From a virus: DNA of 64,000 nucleotides. A model generated the notes under the pieces. The model did no database searches, was not told where the DNA came from, and was given only the letters and a program-made list of their open reading frames with translations. Below, in pieces: positions 46,306 through 56,826 of this stretch. Location of the stretch: IMG/VR virus record IMGVR_UViG_3300044713_000232, positions 11,632 to 75,631 of that record. One strand, 5' to 3'. Position 1 is the stretch's first letter. Every line of letters begins with the position of its first letter. The position numbers were made by a program, and so were the translations under genes.

Positions 46306-47451
46306 CTAGCGCCCCTTATCGTTTTCCGCGCGAAGCTCCTCGCGCTCGTCCTTCTTCAGACAGCCACGCTTACGAAGCTTAGCCAGCTCTTTTTCGCCTT
46401 CGACGGCGCCTAGCGCCGTCATGAGACTCGTCTTCGACAGCGTCTCGTACTCGCGCTTCACGATGTCGAGTACTTTGCCGTCGGGCCTGACAGCCGGCCC
46501 GTTGGTGCGCACCCACGCCTTCAACTGGCTGCGCAGTTGCTCTGCAAGCGAATCGTACTGCTGAAGCGCCACGTGAATCGCGCCGACTCTCTCGCTAGTC
46601 AGCGCGAGATTCCCTGCGGAGCCTTTCTTCAGCTCCACGAGCATGCTCGATTGCGTCGGGCACGATGTCAGTAGCGGGCAGTACTGACACACAGTGCCCG
46701 GGCTCATCGACAAGCCCCGCTGCTGCCACGCAAAGCACAGCGCATCGCGGTGGTATGCGATGTCCTTGGCGCTGAGGGTGTCGACGTAGACAGTCGGCAC
46801 GCCGGTGCGCCGGGGCGCGTGGAGCAACCCTACGATGACTTGCTTAGCCTCGGGGTAGATGTCCACGAGCGCCACCGCGAGGCTCTTCAGCTGCCCCGAC
46901 TGCGAAGGTTCGGGGACATCCTCCCCCGTCTTGTAGTCGAGGATGCACAGGTACTCTTTGCGGCGGTAGAAGACGACGTCGGCGGTGCCTGGCAACTCAG
47001 TCTCGTAGTCGCAATCGCCGTAGACGTGCGTGGCTTCGTTAGGTGACTCGCACTCGCGCGCGGTCGTCTCCGTGACGTTGTAGGCGACGCTGTACTCGTA
47101 CTTGGCGAGCCCCTTGTCGTGGAAGTTGATGCGGAAAGGGTTCGCACCCTTCATCCACTGGCTGAAGACAGGCCAGCTCTGCACCACCAGTGACTCGACT
47201 TCTTTGGCGTCGACCTTGAAGCTATCGCCGACGGCGACGCACGCGGCGCGTAGCGCCTTTGTATCCTTGAGAGACAAGTCTTCGGCGCCGAGCTTCGCGT
47301 AGATGTCGTGGCAGGCGACGCCGAAGCGCGAGGCATCACTGCCGGTATCACGGGGCGCCTGGCGACCCCAACGCCAAGCACAGGCGAGCAAGTCGTCAGT
47401 CTTGCTCATCGTTGCGTGAATCGTGGCTAGTTCTTCAGTCATCGCCGCCAC
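46306..47451 (-). CDS. PD-(D/E)XK exonuclease (Cas4/RecB-like)
   Basis: FGVACH, GTADVV, ILDYKTG, QLKSL, CQYCP....C. Confidence 0.85.
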   Translation of the reverse strand: MAAMTEELATIHATMSKTDDLLACAWRWGRQAPRDTGSDASRFGVACHDIYAKLGAEDLSLKDTKALRAACVAVGDSFKVDAKEVESLVVQSWPVFSQWMKGANPFRINFHDKGLAKYEYSVAYNVTETTARECESPNEATHVYGDCDYETELPGTADVVFYRRKEYLCILDYKTGEDVPEPSQSGQLKSLAVALVDIYPEAKQVIVGLLHAPRRTGVPTVYVDTLSAKDIAYHRDALCFAWQQRGLSMSPGTVCQYCPLLTSCPTQSSMLVELKKGSAGNLALTSERVGAIHVALQQYDSLAEQLRSQLKAWVRTNGPAVRPDGKVLDIVKREYETLSKTSLMTALGAVEGEKELAKLRKRGCLKKDEREELRAENDKGR

Positions 47452-48385
47452 TCCTCTTATCGAGCCACTCGAAGCAGAAGGCGGCCACCACGAGTAGCGT
47501 CAGAAACACCCCCGTCGGTAGCAGCACCCACCAGATTAGGAACCTCCACATCTCCGCGAGGAAGCTACTCACGTGACGCCTGCAACGCTGCGGTGCTCCT
47601 GGCTGTCATCCCGCGGCTCCAGGTTGTGAATGTGTCGGCCAGACGCCCGAAGCCGACGCCTAGCTTCAGATACCGCTTTGGGTAGCGTCGTGGCTTCCAG
47701 TACAGCTTGTCGCCGCGATTCAACGACGCGTTGGCGAGCTTCAAGAAGCCACCGGCAATCCACAGCGCCGCAGCACTTGTCTCGAGCGCCACGAGAGCCC
47801 AGATGAAGAGTAGCGTCTTCACGCGCGCGCCTTTCTTTCCACGAGCGCTTGCTCGTTGATAACCCGCGCGATGGCATTGCGCATGCGCAGCCTCTCGCCG
47901 TAGCCGGCTTCGATGTCGATGTAGCGCCGCTTGGCGACGGGTGTGTTGTAGGGAGCGTTGTCGACGATGTCGTCGATGCGTACGCGGATGGTGCGGCGCG
48001 CGACGCGCTCGAAACGCGGTTCGTGGTTACCCTCGAAACTCATCGCGTCGGCTCCACTCCGCGCCTAACGCGCACGTGCGTTGCGCGGCGCGCTTCTTCC
48101 TGCGCGGTGTTCCACGGCGCCTTCGTGCGAATCTTACGCCCTCGTGCGTCGATACCCACTACGCGGTAAGGTCGGGGCGTCATGAAAGTCGTGTGACTGA
48201 CCCGCGCGCCTTTGCCCCAAGGCGCCCCTTCGACTTCGACGCTAGGGTCTTCCTGTTCGTAATCGTTCTCGTGCATCGCCGTCTTCACCTCCGGCTTCGA
48301 GCCTCTTGCTGTTGGGCTCTATGAGAGCTATACATTCAGTCCGCGGTGAGCGCAAGCTCGCGGGTGAAGGAAACGGGGAACCGAC

Positions 48386-49834
48386 ATGTCGACGAAAACC
48401 AAGGCGCCTTCCAGCGCCAAGAAACCTACATCTACCGATAAGTGGCAGAACCTCCTCGTCACAGGGCATACGAAAAGCGGTTCCTACGTAAAGAGCTGCG
48501 GAGCGAACGTGAGCATCATCCTCTGCCACGACCCGAGGTGGAAGGACACGCTCGCCTACGACGAGCTGGGGGGCAACATCGTCTTCCGTAAGGAGCCGCC
48601 GTGGCTCGCCGAGGACCGTATCGGGAAGCAGAGCGGCGCTACGTGGCAAGATGACGATGCGGTACGGCTTTCGCACTGGCTCGCACGAAGCACGTGGGAG
48701 ATCAACGTACACTCTGCGACGGTACAGGAGATCGTCAGCGTCGTCGCGAAGCGCAACGGCTTCCACCCCATCAAGGAGTGGTTCGACACATTGAAGCACG
48801 ACGGCAAGAAGCGTATCGACGATTGGGCTATCAGGCTTGCCGGCGCCGAGGACAACGAAGTCAACCGCGCCATCTGCGCCAAGTTCCTCATCGGCGCCGT
48901 CGCGCGCGTCTACGAACCGGGGTGCAAGGTCGATACGGTCCCCATCTTCGAGGGGGAGCAGGGGGCCGGCAAGTCGACGATGCTGCGCGAATTGTGCCCG
49001 TCGACGGAATGGTTCCTCGAGACCTCCATCGAGCTCGGTAACAAGGACAGCTTCCAGCTACTTCGGGGCAAGTGGATCATCGAGCTCGCCGAACTCGACT
49101 CCCTGAACCGCAGCGAGCTCTCTCGCGTCAAGGCGTACATCACGAGCCAGAACGATACCTACCGAAAGAGCTACGGCCGCATCGCGCAGACGTTCCAGCG
49201 CATGTGCGTTTTCGCTGGCACCACGAACGCCGATGAGTACCTGAAGGACGACACCGGCGCACGCCGCTTCTGGCCTATGCGCATTACACGCGTCGACATC
49301 GCGGCGCTGCACGCAGAGCGCGATCAGCTCTGGGCCGAGGCCGTTGCGCGGTATCGCAAACGAGAGCGGTGGCACCTCACCGATATGCGCCTGATGAAAG
49401 AATTCGAGAAGGTGCAAGAGACGCGTCGCCAGTTGGACCCCTGGGAGCCCATCATCAAGCGCTACTTCGATCTCGGATACGACGTTGTCATCGACAAGTA
49501 CAACGACGAGCGACGGCACTACTCGCCCCCGGGCAAGAGCGTCAGCATGGCGACCATCCTCACCGGGCCCCTGGGCATAGAGCCCGCGCGCATCACGCGC
49601 TCGGAGCAGATGAGAGTGAGCGCCATCCTCAAGAAACTGGGGTGGGAACGTCGGCGAACGTACATCGGCAGTGCGCACGCGGGCTATGAGTACGTCAGAC
49701 CCGATAAGAGCCCCGAAGCTCTACAGGAGGGCGGAAAGAGAGCTCAAGTGATAAAACTAGCGGAAAAGAAGGCTGGTAGCCGACCATCCCTAAACTCACC
49801 GGCACACCTCAAACCCCAGGGGAATAATTCGTAG
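48386..49834 (+). CDS. VapE/VirE-like helicase
   Basis: FHPIKEW, PGCKVD, Walker A GEQGAGKS, ELAEL, FAGTTN, DDTGARRFWP. Confidence 0.93.
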   Translation: MSTKTKAPSSAKKPTSTDKWQNLLVTGHTKSGSYVKSCGANVSIILCHDPRWKDTLAYDELGGNIVFRKEPPWLAEDRIGKQSGATWQDDDAVRLSHWLARSTWEINVHSATVQEIVSVVAKRNGFHPIKEWFDTLKHDGKKRIDDWAIRLAGAEDNEVNRAICAKFLIGAVARVYEPGCKVDTVPIFEGEQGAGKSTMLRELCPSTEWFLETSIELGNKDSFQLLRGKWIIELAELDSLNRSELSRVKAYITSQNDTYRKSYGRIAQTFQRMCVFAGTTNADEYLKDDTGARRFWPMRITRVDIAALHAERDQLWAEAVARYRKRERWHLTDMRLMKEFEKVQETRRQLDPWEPIIKRYFDLGYDVVIDKYNDERRHYSPPGKSVSMATILTGPLGIEPARITRSEQMRVSAILKKLGWERRRTYIGSAHAGYEYVRPDKSPEALQEGGKRAQVIKLAEKKAGSRPSLNSPAHLKPQGNNS

Positions 49835-49908
49835 GGGGTACAGAGTATTCTGTATGGATCTTTCTGTTCCACTCAGCTTAGGGTTGGTAGGTTACTAAAG
49901 GGGAAAAG

Positions 49909-50337
49909 ATGCGTAGATATTACCTCTGGGGCAGCATCGTTCCGGGCAGTACTCTCGAAGGGCTCGAGGGCTTCATCTACCTCGCCCAACTCGTGGACGC
50001 CGACGGGCCGGGGCTCCTCAAGATCGGCTGGTCCACGAGTCCCCCGAAACGGGTGGCGTTCATCTTGGCGCAGATGAGGCGCTACGCGGCCCCCGCCAAG
50101 CCCGATCTTAGACTGCTCAAAGTCTTCGTCGGCTCGCGTAAGGATGAGACCGCTCTCCACCGCGCTCTACGTAAGAAGTACCAGGACTACAACGGGTACA
50201 TAGGCACCGGCGACAGTTGGCGGGAGTGGTACAGCCCCGCGCAGGAGGTACAGGAGACCTTCGACAGCCTGGCCTCCGAACGTGGAGGGTTACTGGAGTG
50301 GAAGAGCATGAAGTTTCCGGTAGAGGTATCCAAGTGA
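49909..50337 (+). CDS. GIY-YIG-like (T5orf172/MUG113) protein
   Basis: FIYLAQ...LKIGWS..P.KR...ETALH...EWY. Confidence 0.75.
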   Translation: MRRYYLWGSIVPGSTLEGLEGFIYLAQLVDADGPGLLKIGWSTSPPKRVAFILAQMRRYAAPAKPDLRLLKVFVGSRKDETALHRALRKKYQDYNGYIGTGDSWREWYSPAQEVQETFDSLASERGGLLEWKSMKFPVEVSK

Positions 50338-50979
50338 GCCGCTGGGTCTTCTTCGGCATTGGGGGTACCCCGTGGCTCATCGTCGAGGCCCCGTGGTGGT
50401 TCCTGGCGCGCGCTGTAGCGCTTCGTGAGACAGGCCTACAGCCTGACCAGATGTACGACTACGAGACGCTCGTACACGCAGCGGATATAACCGTCTCGTG
50501 GGCGGGCTCAGCAGCCGGTACGCCAAACGACTTACGCGTTGTCGAGACGCGCAACCCCGACTACAAGCGACGCATCGTAGGGGATACAGGAGGTACTACG
50601 TGAGTGACGACGGCAAGAAGGTGATCACCGAGAGCGACAAGCAGACGGTGTACTGCCTCGACGCGTTGCTCGACACCGTCAACCTCTTGGCTGCCAAGGG
50701 CTACCCCGGCAAGGCCGTCGGGCAGGCACTTCTGACAACGCTGGCGCGCTTCATCGGCCAGCAGTCGGAGCCTTTAGCAACACTCGTCGTGTGCATCCGT
50801 GCTGTCGGTATCTGCGTCGTCGGCGAGATGCGCCAACGGGGCCATATCGTGGATAATGCCGCCGTCGAGCGCGCTTACGCCGCTGCGGCAGATTCCACTG
50901 TAGAGATCGTGAGGCTCGACGAGGAGACGTTGAAGCAAACAGCTGGCGGCGGTGGTGCCGACGGCGGTAAGAGCAACTA

Positions 50980-51468
50980 ATGCTGGTGAAGGTTCGTAAG
51001 GGGCGCGGCGTCGATGTCGCTATGCCCGACGGTACCATCTGCGCTGTGATGTGCATCGACCCTAGCTATCGATTCTTTAGACTCGTCGGCGAAGAGTACG
51101 AAGGGAGATTGTACCCCCGTCGATACTTCCACGAGGGCAACCCCGACAAGCTATGGCTAGACTGCATCGATAGCGGTAGCGGTACAGATGCCCTGCGAGC
51201 GTTGCACGTGGGCGCTATCTATCCGTGCGCGGACCCAGCCAAGTGGGCTGACGGGCACGGCGTCGTGGAATTGCCTTGCCGTCCGGGGTACTTCTACAGC
51301 CCCTCGCGCTTCAAAGTCGTACCGTTCCCAGCGCCGCCCGATGGCGCCGCAGGCGATGATATCGAGCCAGAACACAAGATGGCGTTGATGGCGTTCTTCA
51401 AAAAGCCGCAGCACGATGACTTGTGCCGGAGCTGTGGCGCCCCGAGGCCCTGCGCATACCATGGCTAA
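50980..51468 (+). CDS. Hypothetical protein with C-terminal Cys/His motif
   Basis: Ends ALMAFFKKPQHDDLCRSCGAPRPCAYHG. Confidence 0.65.
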   Translation: MLVKVRKGRGVDVAMPDGTICAVMCIDPSYRFFRLVGEEYEGRLYPRRYFHEGNPDKLWLDCIDSGSGTDALRALHVGAIYPCADPAKWADGHGVVELPCRPGYFYSPSRFKVVPFPAPPDGAAGDDIEPEHKMALMAFFKKPQHDDLCRSCGAPRPCAYHG

Positions 51469-52015
51469 CACACTCCTCATCCCGATTGTGCCCCAGCAAC
51501 ACCGCGGATACCTCATCGAGTACTCCGGATGCTACGGAGCCGTCGTAGCGACTGTGCGCTCGCCGGGAGTAGCTGACGCGCTACACGAGGTCTCCCCGCG
51601 GGGCTCCGTGGAGTACGCCGAGCGCGCCGCGCGCGAGTGGATTGACGCGCGAGTCAACTACGACGGGCTACGTACTCGTCTCGAACGAGAAGCCGCCGAC
51701 GCCCAGCGCGCTAAAGAGGCAAGCTACCGAGAATCGGCGAAGCCGCCTACTCCGCCGGAGCGCTACGGATTCATCAGCTGCCCACACAACCGCGTCAAGC
51801 CGCACATGTGCGCGACGCCCGGTTTCTTCGCTAGGCTCTTCACCGACGTGCGGGAGGGCGATATGTGGCGATGCGCAACGTGCGGCAAGGCCTGTGTCTG
51901 GAAGAGATACGGAGATTGCGCGGGGTGGGTGGAAGCGTCGCTTGCCGAGTGGCGCGAGGCGTGCGCCAAAGCCGCCGACGGCGCCGACGATGATGGCGAT
52001 AGCGTCGTAGGCTAA
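51461..52015 (+). CDS. Hypothetical protein with zinc-ribbon-like C-terminus
   Basis: PHMC...WRCATCGK; start MANTLL overlaps the upstream gene end. Confidence 0.55.
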   Translation: MANTLLIPIVPQQHRGYLIEYSGCYGAVVATVRSPGVADALHEVSPRGSVEYAERAAREWIDARVNYDGLRTRLEREAADAQRAKEASYRESAKPPTPPERYGFISCPHNRVKPHMCATPGFFARLFTDVREGDMWRCATCGKACVWKRYGDCAGWVEASLAEWREACAKAADGADDDGDSVVG

Positions 52016-52020
52016 GTCAG

Positions 52021-52281
52021 ATGCGTGGCTTGACGAGCGAAGAGTACACGGCGCTGAAGGCGTGCGCCCCCGGCTTCCCCGATAAGACGCTGGATGACTC
52101 CGAGATACCTCTGTACGACGGTCTCGCGACGAGAGGGCTGCTACGCGAAGAAACCTACATATTCCAGAAAGTGGTAACAGACCCCGACGGCTCCGTGTGG
52201 GATGAGGAGTGGGAACGTACCAACTACCATCTCACCGCGCTAGGCGCGCTGATGATACGCGTCTATGAGACTACAGTCTGA
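52021..52281 (+). CDS. Small hypothetical protein (wHTH-like)
   Basis: LATRGLL...YHLTALG. Confidence 0.5.
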   Translation: MRGLTSEEYTALKACAPGFPDKTLDDSEIPLYDGLATRGLLREETYIFQKVVTDPDGSVWDEEWERTNYHLTALGALMIRVYETTV

Positions 52282-52852
52282 CGCGCCAACTGGTGGCGAC
52301 TGCCTCGACGCGCCCCTCGCCGAACACATCGCAGACTGCACGCTTCAAGTGCGGCTGGTCGTAGTCGTGCCCCGCGATGATGCCCCCGGGCTTCATCTTC
52401 GGAAGCCACGTCAAGACGTCGCGCCTAACGGGGTCGTACCAGTGGTCCCCGTCGATGAAGCAGAAGTCGATGCTCGCGTCGTCGAAGGCGCGCGCGGCGG
52501 CGACGCTGTCGAGTCTGAGAATCCGCACATGCTTCAAGAGGTGGCGCGCGTGCTTCACGGCGCCTTCGAGAAACTCCCCGAAGAAGTCGTCAGCGAAGCG
52601 CTGCCACTGCTTCGCAGGCACCACATCCCAGAGGTCGATGGCGTAAAAGGAGATGCTCTTTTTGCTGGCGGCAATCATCTGCGCCATCATGAAGGCACTG
52701 CGCCCCAGCGCGACGCCCATCTCTACGAACACAGCGCCCTGCGCGGGCGCCCTGTCGACGGCGTCTTGGTAGATAGACTGAAAGTTGCTCCAGCCTTCGA
52801 GCGGTACGTAGCCTTCCTCCCAGCCCATCAGAAGTTCCTTTCGACGTGCCAA
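52271..52852 (-). CDS. Class I SAM methyltransferase (Methyltransf_24-like)
   Basis: FVEMGVALGRS, FIDGDHWY, KPGGIIAGHDY. Confidence 0.9.
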   Translation of the reverse strand: MARRKELLMGWEEGYVPLEGWSNFQSIYQDAVDRAPAQGAVFVEMGVALGRSAFMMAQMIAASKKSISFYAIDLWDVVPAKQWQRFADDFFGEFLEGAVKHARHLLKHVRILRLDSVAAARAFDDASIDFCFIDGDHWYDPVRRDVLTWLPKMKPGGIIAGHDYDQPHLKRAVCDVFGEGRVEAVATSWRVRL

Positions 52853-53172
52853 CTGGCGCCATCCCAGACTTGCAAGACTGCGTACGTGGGCGGGAACTCC
52901 TCGGCGAGGTACTGCAAGAAGCTCTGGGGCGTGACGTCAGCCACCCAGCCGCTCGTCACGAGCTGCCAAGCGCCGCTTTGCCAGACGAAGAGCCTCTGGT
53001 ACGACAGCGAACTAGCGCCGCTGGCGCCGGGGGGCGTCGTAGGCACCGGCGGCAGTGTCGACGGCGGTAGCGACTTAGCTGTCTTGTGCGCACTGTTGCA
53101 TACGACGGCGCACGTGACGATGCCGGCTACAGCGCTAGCGGCGAAGAGTGCGGTGAGAGCTGTCTTTGTCAT
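52828..53172 (-). CDS. N-terminal TM protein
   Basis: TM, Pro linker, two VWxxxxW hairpins. Confidence 0.6.
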   Translation of the reverse strand: MTKTALTALFAASAVAGIVTCAVVCNSAHKTAKSLPPSTLPPVPTTPPGASGASSLSYQRLFVWQSGAWQLVTSGWVADVTPQSFLQYLAEEFPPTYAVLQVWDGASWHVERNF

Positions 53173-53173
53173 C

Positions 53174-54580
53174 TTAGGAACCGTTGGTGAAGAAGCCGGT
53201 GATGGGTGACAGCGGGTCGTAGACGAGACCCTCGAAGCCGCCCGTCGCTACCGACTTCACGATGTTAGCGAACGTAAGGGGGATGAGCGTATTCACCAGG
53301 CCGAACGGGAAGCTACGGCTGTTAGCGTAGAGGCTCGTCTTGCCGTTGATCTGGAGCTCCGTCGCGCCCCCGGTGCACCTGGCCGGAAACTTGGCGGTAT
53401 ACGCCCCATCGCTAACGATACGCGCACCGCTCGTGAGAGCGACCAGGAACGTGGTGTTGTTGCTGCCCCACAACAACCCTTCGACAGACAGTGTACCTGT
53501 GTCATCGCCGTCGAAGAACGTTAGCCAACTATCCGTGTCGAATACACCGATGCCGGTACCTAGGTTGTGGCAATGTAGCTCCCCGCCGGCTTGTATGACG
53601 ACGATGCTGTTCTGGAACAGCACCCCAGAGCACGGTACGTAGCCTGTGTTGATGAGTAGCCCGCTGTTCAGAAAGCTGCACGCCAAGAGCGTCTGTGTAC
53701 CCGTAGATACAGTCATCCCGACTCCAGCGTTGATGACGGTCCCCACGATGAGAAACGTAGTGCCGTACGTCGACAGGCCGCTGAAGGCGCAGTACTGGAA
53801 GACGATCCCTGTAAACGGTGATGTCCCCGTCACCATCTGCTCGATGGGTGTGAAGTCGAGTAGCTCTACGAGTGCGTGCGGAAGTCCGTCGGGGATGAAG
53901 ACACCAGTAACGTCTTCCTCGTAGGCGAACACTTGGGGGAGCGTCTGCACTTGGTAGTGGTCCCCGGGCCCCGGGTTCACGTAAGAGGGGTCGAGCGTAC
54001 CGTTGGCCGTTGTGATCCAATCAATCCTTGCATGACCGGCGCTAACAGCCTTGATGATGTTACCCCGAGCGCCGGCAGCGACGCCGGTGGTGAAGGTCAC
54101 CTGCATACCGACGAAGGGCGTCCAGTCGAGTGTCCCGTCCTGCAAGTCGTTGGCGGTCCCGGTGGTCTGGTTGTAGGCGGTGAAGGCTGTAACGGTACCC
54201 GAATGTACCGTCTTCGGCACCCCGTGGATGCGAAGGAACGCGGTGGTGCCCCCGCCCCCGATGAGGTTGCCGGTGAACGTCACGACGTCGCTCGGCGCCA
54301 GTGAGTTGAGGATGAAGATGTCGACGGCGCCTGTGATGGGGCGCCCTAGGGCCTGGCCAGTGCGCCTGACGTACTCAGCAAACGTCCCCAGCGCGGTCGC
54401 AGGGGTAAGCCCTGAGAAGCTATCGCTACCGTTGACGGGGTCGATGTACCAAACGGTCTGCCTCGCGTAGCCGACGGGCGCTGTAAAGTTGATGGGCGCA
54501 GGGAGACCGTGGCTCGCCTTACTGTCGAGGTAAGCGAGGTAGGTGTTCTTGACGCCGCGTGAGCTTCGGTTGGCGCCCAT
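53174..54580 (-). CDS. Putative spike/fibre protein (beta-helix-like)
   Basis: WYIDPVNGSD...G.T...A..T cap motif; T/G/V-rich. Confidence 0.65.
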   Translation of the reverse strand: MGANRSSRGVKNTYLAYLDSKASHGLPAPINFTAPVGYARQTVWYIDPVNGSDSFSGLTPATALGTFAEYVRRTGQALGRPITGAVDIFILNSLAPSDVVTFTGNLIGGGGTTAFLRIHGVPKTVHSGTVTAFTAYNQTTGTANDLQDGTLDWTPFVGMQVTFTTGVAAGARGNIIKAVSAGHARIDWITTANGTLDPSYVNPGPGDHYQVQTLPQVFAYEEDVTGVFIPDGLPHALVELLDFTPIEQMVTGTSPFTGIVFQYCAFSGLSTYGTTFLIVGTVINAGVGMTVSTGTQTLLACSFLNSGLLINTGYVPCSGVLFQNSIVVIQAGGELHCHNLGTGIGVFDTDSWLTFFDGDDTGTLSVEGLLWGSNNTTFLVALTSGARIVSDGAYTAKFPARCTGGATELQINGKTSLYANSRSFPFGLVNTLIPLTFANIVKSVATGGFEGLVYDPLSPITGFFTNGS

Positions 54581-54592
54581 AGGGGCAGTGTA

Positions 54593-55111
54593 CTACCCCA
54601 GCGGGCAGGTGCCCAACGCACAGCCGTTGTCGACGACGCTGAAGCCTGGGGGCGGCTCGAAGGTGATGCCCTGGATAGGACCGTTGACGGGTTGCACCGG
54701 CAGCGCCACGGGCTGCCCGCCGAGGCCGATGTAGATGAAGACCAGCGTGCCGACCGGGGAGCTCGTATCGACGCTCTGCACCGACACAGAGCCTGGGCCG
54801 AGCAGCGCGTCGAGGGCGGCCTGCACCGCGGGCACCGAGACGGCCCCGTTGAGCCCCAGGACGCTCGAGGCGAGCGTCGCGGAGGGGCCCGAGAGGGTGT
54901 ACTGGTGCCCCGGAAGCAGCTGGCTGACGAGACTCGGAGGCGGCGGCGGGGGTGGAGGAGGGGGAGGCGGTGGGGGCGGCGGAGGGGGCTGTGGCGCCGG
55001 TTGCGGCTGCGACGGCGTAGCTGCTTGTGCCTTAGACACCAGCATTGCGACGCCGGCCGTCACTAAAACCGCGCCCCCGACGAACAGGGCTGTCTCTACA
55101 GGCTTCATCAC
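54593..55111 (-). CDS. TM-anchored poly-Pro protein
   Basis: TM, long Pro run, QLLPGHQYTL domain. Confidence 0.65.
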   Translation of the reverse strand: MMKPVETALFVGGAVLVTAGVAMLVSKAQAATPSQPQPAPQPPPPPPPPPPPPPPPPPPSLVSQLLPGHQYTLSGPSATLASSVLGLNGAVSVPAVQAALDALLGPGSVSVQSVDTSSPVGTLVFIYIGLGGQPVALPVQPVNGPIQGITFEPPPGFSVVDNGCALGTCPLG

Positions 55112-55497
55112 GCGGCTCCGCAGTCGAGGACGCTCTGCGATGCTGTCGGCGCCATCGGCACAGTCGGCCCGCTCCAGGTGAAGGTAATCGTGCCTGGCGG
55201 CGAGACGCTTGTGACGGTGGCCGTTCCGCCGAACTGCTGTGCGAGCAGTGACATGAACGTTTGGCCGTCTTGGATAGTCGTAGGCGCACCGGCGGCCTGG
55301 CCGATGATCTGGTACTTATGCCCGTTGACTAGCTGCGTAGTTGGTTGACAGCCACCGCCCCCACCGCCGGAGCTGCCGCCGCTTCCGCTAGCGGCGCTCT
55401 TGCTTTGCGCCGCGACTGCGACAGCGACGAGCGCCAGTGCCGCCGCTACGCCGCCTCCGATGAGGAGGGTGTGTTTCATCTTCTGTGTGAGTTTCAC
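55108..55497 (-). CDS. TM-anchored Gly-linker protein, paralog of 54593-55111
   Basis: TM, Gly run, QLVNGHKYQI domain. Confidence 0.65.
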   Translation of the reverse strand: MKLTQKMKHTLLIGGGVAAALALVAVAVAAQSKSAASGSGGSSGGGGGGCQPTTQLVNGHKYQIIGQAAGAPTTIQDGQTFMSLLAQQFGGTATVTSVSPPGTITFTWSGPTVPMAPTASQSVLDCGAA

Positions 55498-55700
55498 TTG
55501 AGTTGGTCCTTGGCGTAGGCGATACCCGCGATGAGCGCCAAGCCCCCGAAGGTGAAGAGCAACAGCGGTATCGCCGTGCCCCCGGGCGCCGCAGGCGCAG
55601 CGCTCTGCCCGGCGCCCGCGCGATGCGTCACTGGTACGCTGAAGCCCGCGATTCTCATGTGCTGCATGCTGCCACTGCTTCCTTCGGTGCCGACCGGCAC
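55494..55700 (-). CDS. Small C-terminal TM protein
   Basis: RAGAGQS motif followed by a TM. Confidence 0.55.
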   Translation of the reverse strand: MPVGTEGSSGSMQHMRIAGFSVPVTHRAGAGQSAAPAAPGGTAIPLLLFTFGGLALIAGIAYAKDQLK

Positions 55701-55741
55701 TTTCTTAGAGCCGCCTCACCCGAGGCCTGTACGCCTGCGAA

Positions 55742-56239
55742 TCATACCAGCTTCTCCACGTCTTCCGCCAGCGTCTCGAGTAAGCCTTCGAGAGAAAACT
55801 TGACACCGCCGCCGGGTGTCTCGCAGGCACCCGCGCCGTTAGCGACGTCGGCGCCTGCGGGAGCCTCGCCTGACGAGGTAGGCTGCGGTGAAGACTCCTG
55901 CCCCGACGACCCCGAGGGCGATGGCGCTGACGAGGAAGGTGCTCCCGACGCTGGAGCTAAAGGGCTGGCGGGGCTGCTGCCTCCGCCAGCGCAGTAGTAC
56001 ACCGTTACGCCCGTGTGCTTGACGGGGTTCTGGAAGTCGGGCGGATGCCACTCGTAGCGATAGTCAAGCGCCAAGCCTGACGTCGTCTCTTCGCTGTTGG
56101 TGCTCCCGACGGGGAAGTTGCCCCCGCGCCACTGCTGCAAGAGCGCCACGGCTCGTTGCGAGATTGTCGCCGTCACCTTGGCGTCGGGCAGCAGCGTATA
56201 GCCACCGGGGCACGAGGGGCCTGCGTCGACGCCCGGCAT
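55742..56239 (-). CDS. Hypothetical protein
   Basis: Globular N-terminus (YRYEWH...HTGVTVY), Ser/Pro linker. Confidence 0.6.
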   Translation of the reverse strand: MPGVDAGPSCPGGYTLLPDAKVTATISQRAVALLQQWRGGNFPVGSTNSEETTSGLALDYRYEWHPPDFQNPVKHTGVTVYYCAGGGSSPASPLAPASGAPSSSAPSPSGSSGQESSPQPTSSGEAPAGADVANGAGACETPGGGVKFSLEGLLETLAEDVEKLV

Positions 56240-56472
56240 TAGCAGCCCTTGTTGCTCAAGCCGTTATAGAGGTACCCCGCTAAGGGCAGCGCGATGCCGG
56301 CGCCCGCGACAGGGGCCTTTTTGACGAAGTAGCCAGCCAGCGCCCCGGCGGCGCCGAGTGCTACGGCGCCCGCGAGGAACGTCGAAAACCCAGACGTCCA
56401 CGGGTTGGCGCACGCCGGTGTACCGTGTGTCGGTTGCGACTGCGCGCCGATGGAAACGTACGGGGCCAGCAT
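56239..56472 (-). CDS. Small two-TM protein
   Basis: AAGGA before ATG; two hydrophobic segments. Confidence 0.6.
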   Translation of the reverse strand: MLAPYVSIGAQSQPTHGTPACANPWTSGFSTFLAGAVALGAAGALAGYFVKKAPVAGAGIALPLAGYLYNGLSNKGC

Positions 56473-56571
56473 TGGTGTGTCCTTACCTCACGGAATCGTG
56501 GCGCCGAACAGGGCGCCGAGTGCGAGTGCGATGGCGAGCCACCACGGCACTTCCTCCCACGGAACCAGAAG

Positions 56572-56826
56572 CTAACCTCGTGGCTTCAGAAAGCCCTGAT
56601 GTGGTCTGGAGCCCGTCCCTGAGGCCCAGACAGGATCGTCTTGGTAGAAGCCGGTGACCGCCGTGTCGATGATGCCGAGGAGACCGCCGCCGGCCCCGTG
56701 GATGAGGATCGGGGAGAGGAAGAGCGCCATCGACCGCGTCGACGGACGCATCCGGTGCCGCCCTCGATGCGGCACAGAGGCCGCCACTAGCATCTGGTAC
56801 CCCGTAGCAACTCGAAACGCACCCAT
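56572..56826 (-). CDS. Hypothetical protein
   Basis: AAGGAAGG and an upstream TGcTACGCT box. Confidence 0.5.
   Translation of the reverse strand: MGAFRVATGYQMLVAASVPHRGRHRMRPSTRSMALFLSPILIHGAGGGLLGIIDTAVTGFYQDDPVWASGTGSRPHQGFLKPRG

Noticed and set aside
46306-47451. Cas4-like nuclease as sign of a CRISPR-Cas system
   Set aside because: It is a stand-alone phage PD-(D/E)XK exonuclease with no array or other cas genes.
54937-54989. G-rich run as a regulatory G-quadruplex or microsatellite
   Set aside because: Explained by poly-Pro codons with varied third positions; the same applies at about 23425-23463.
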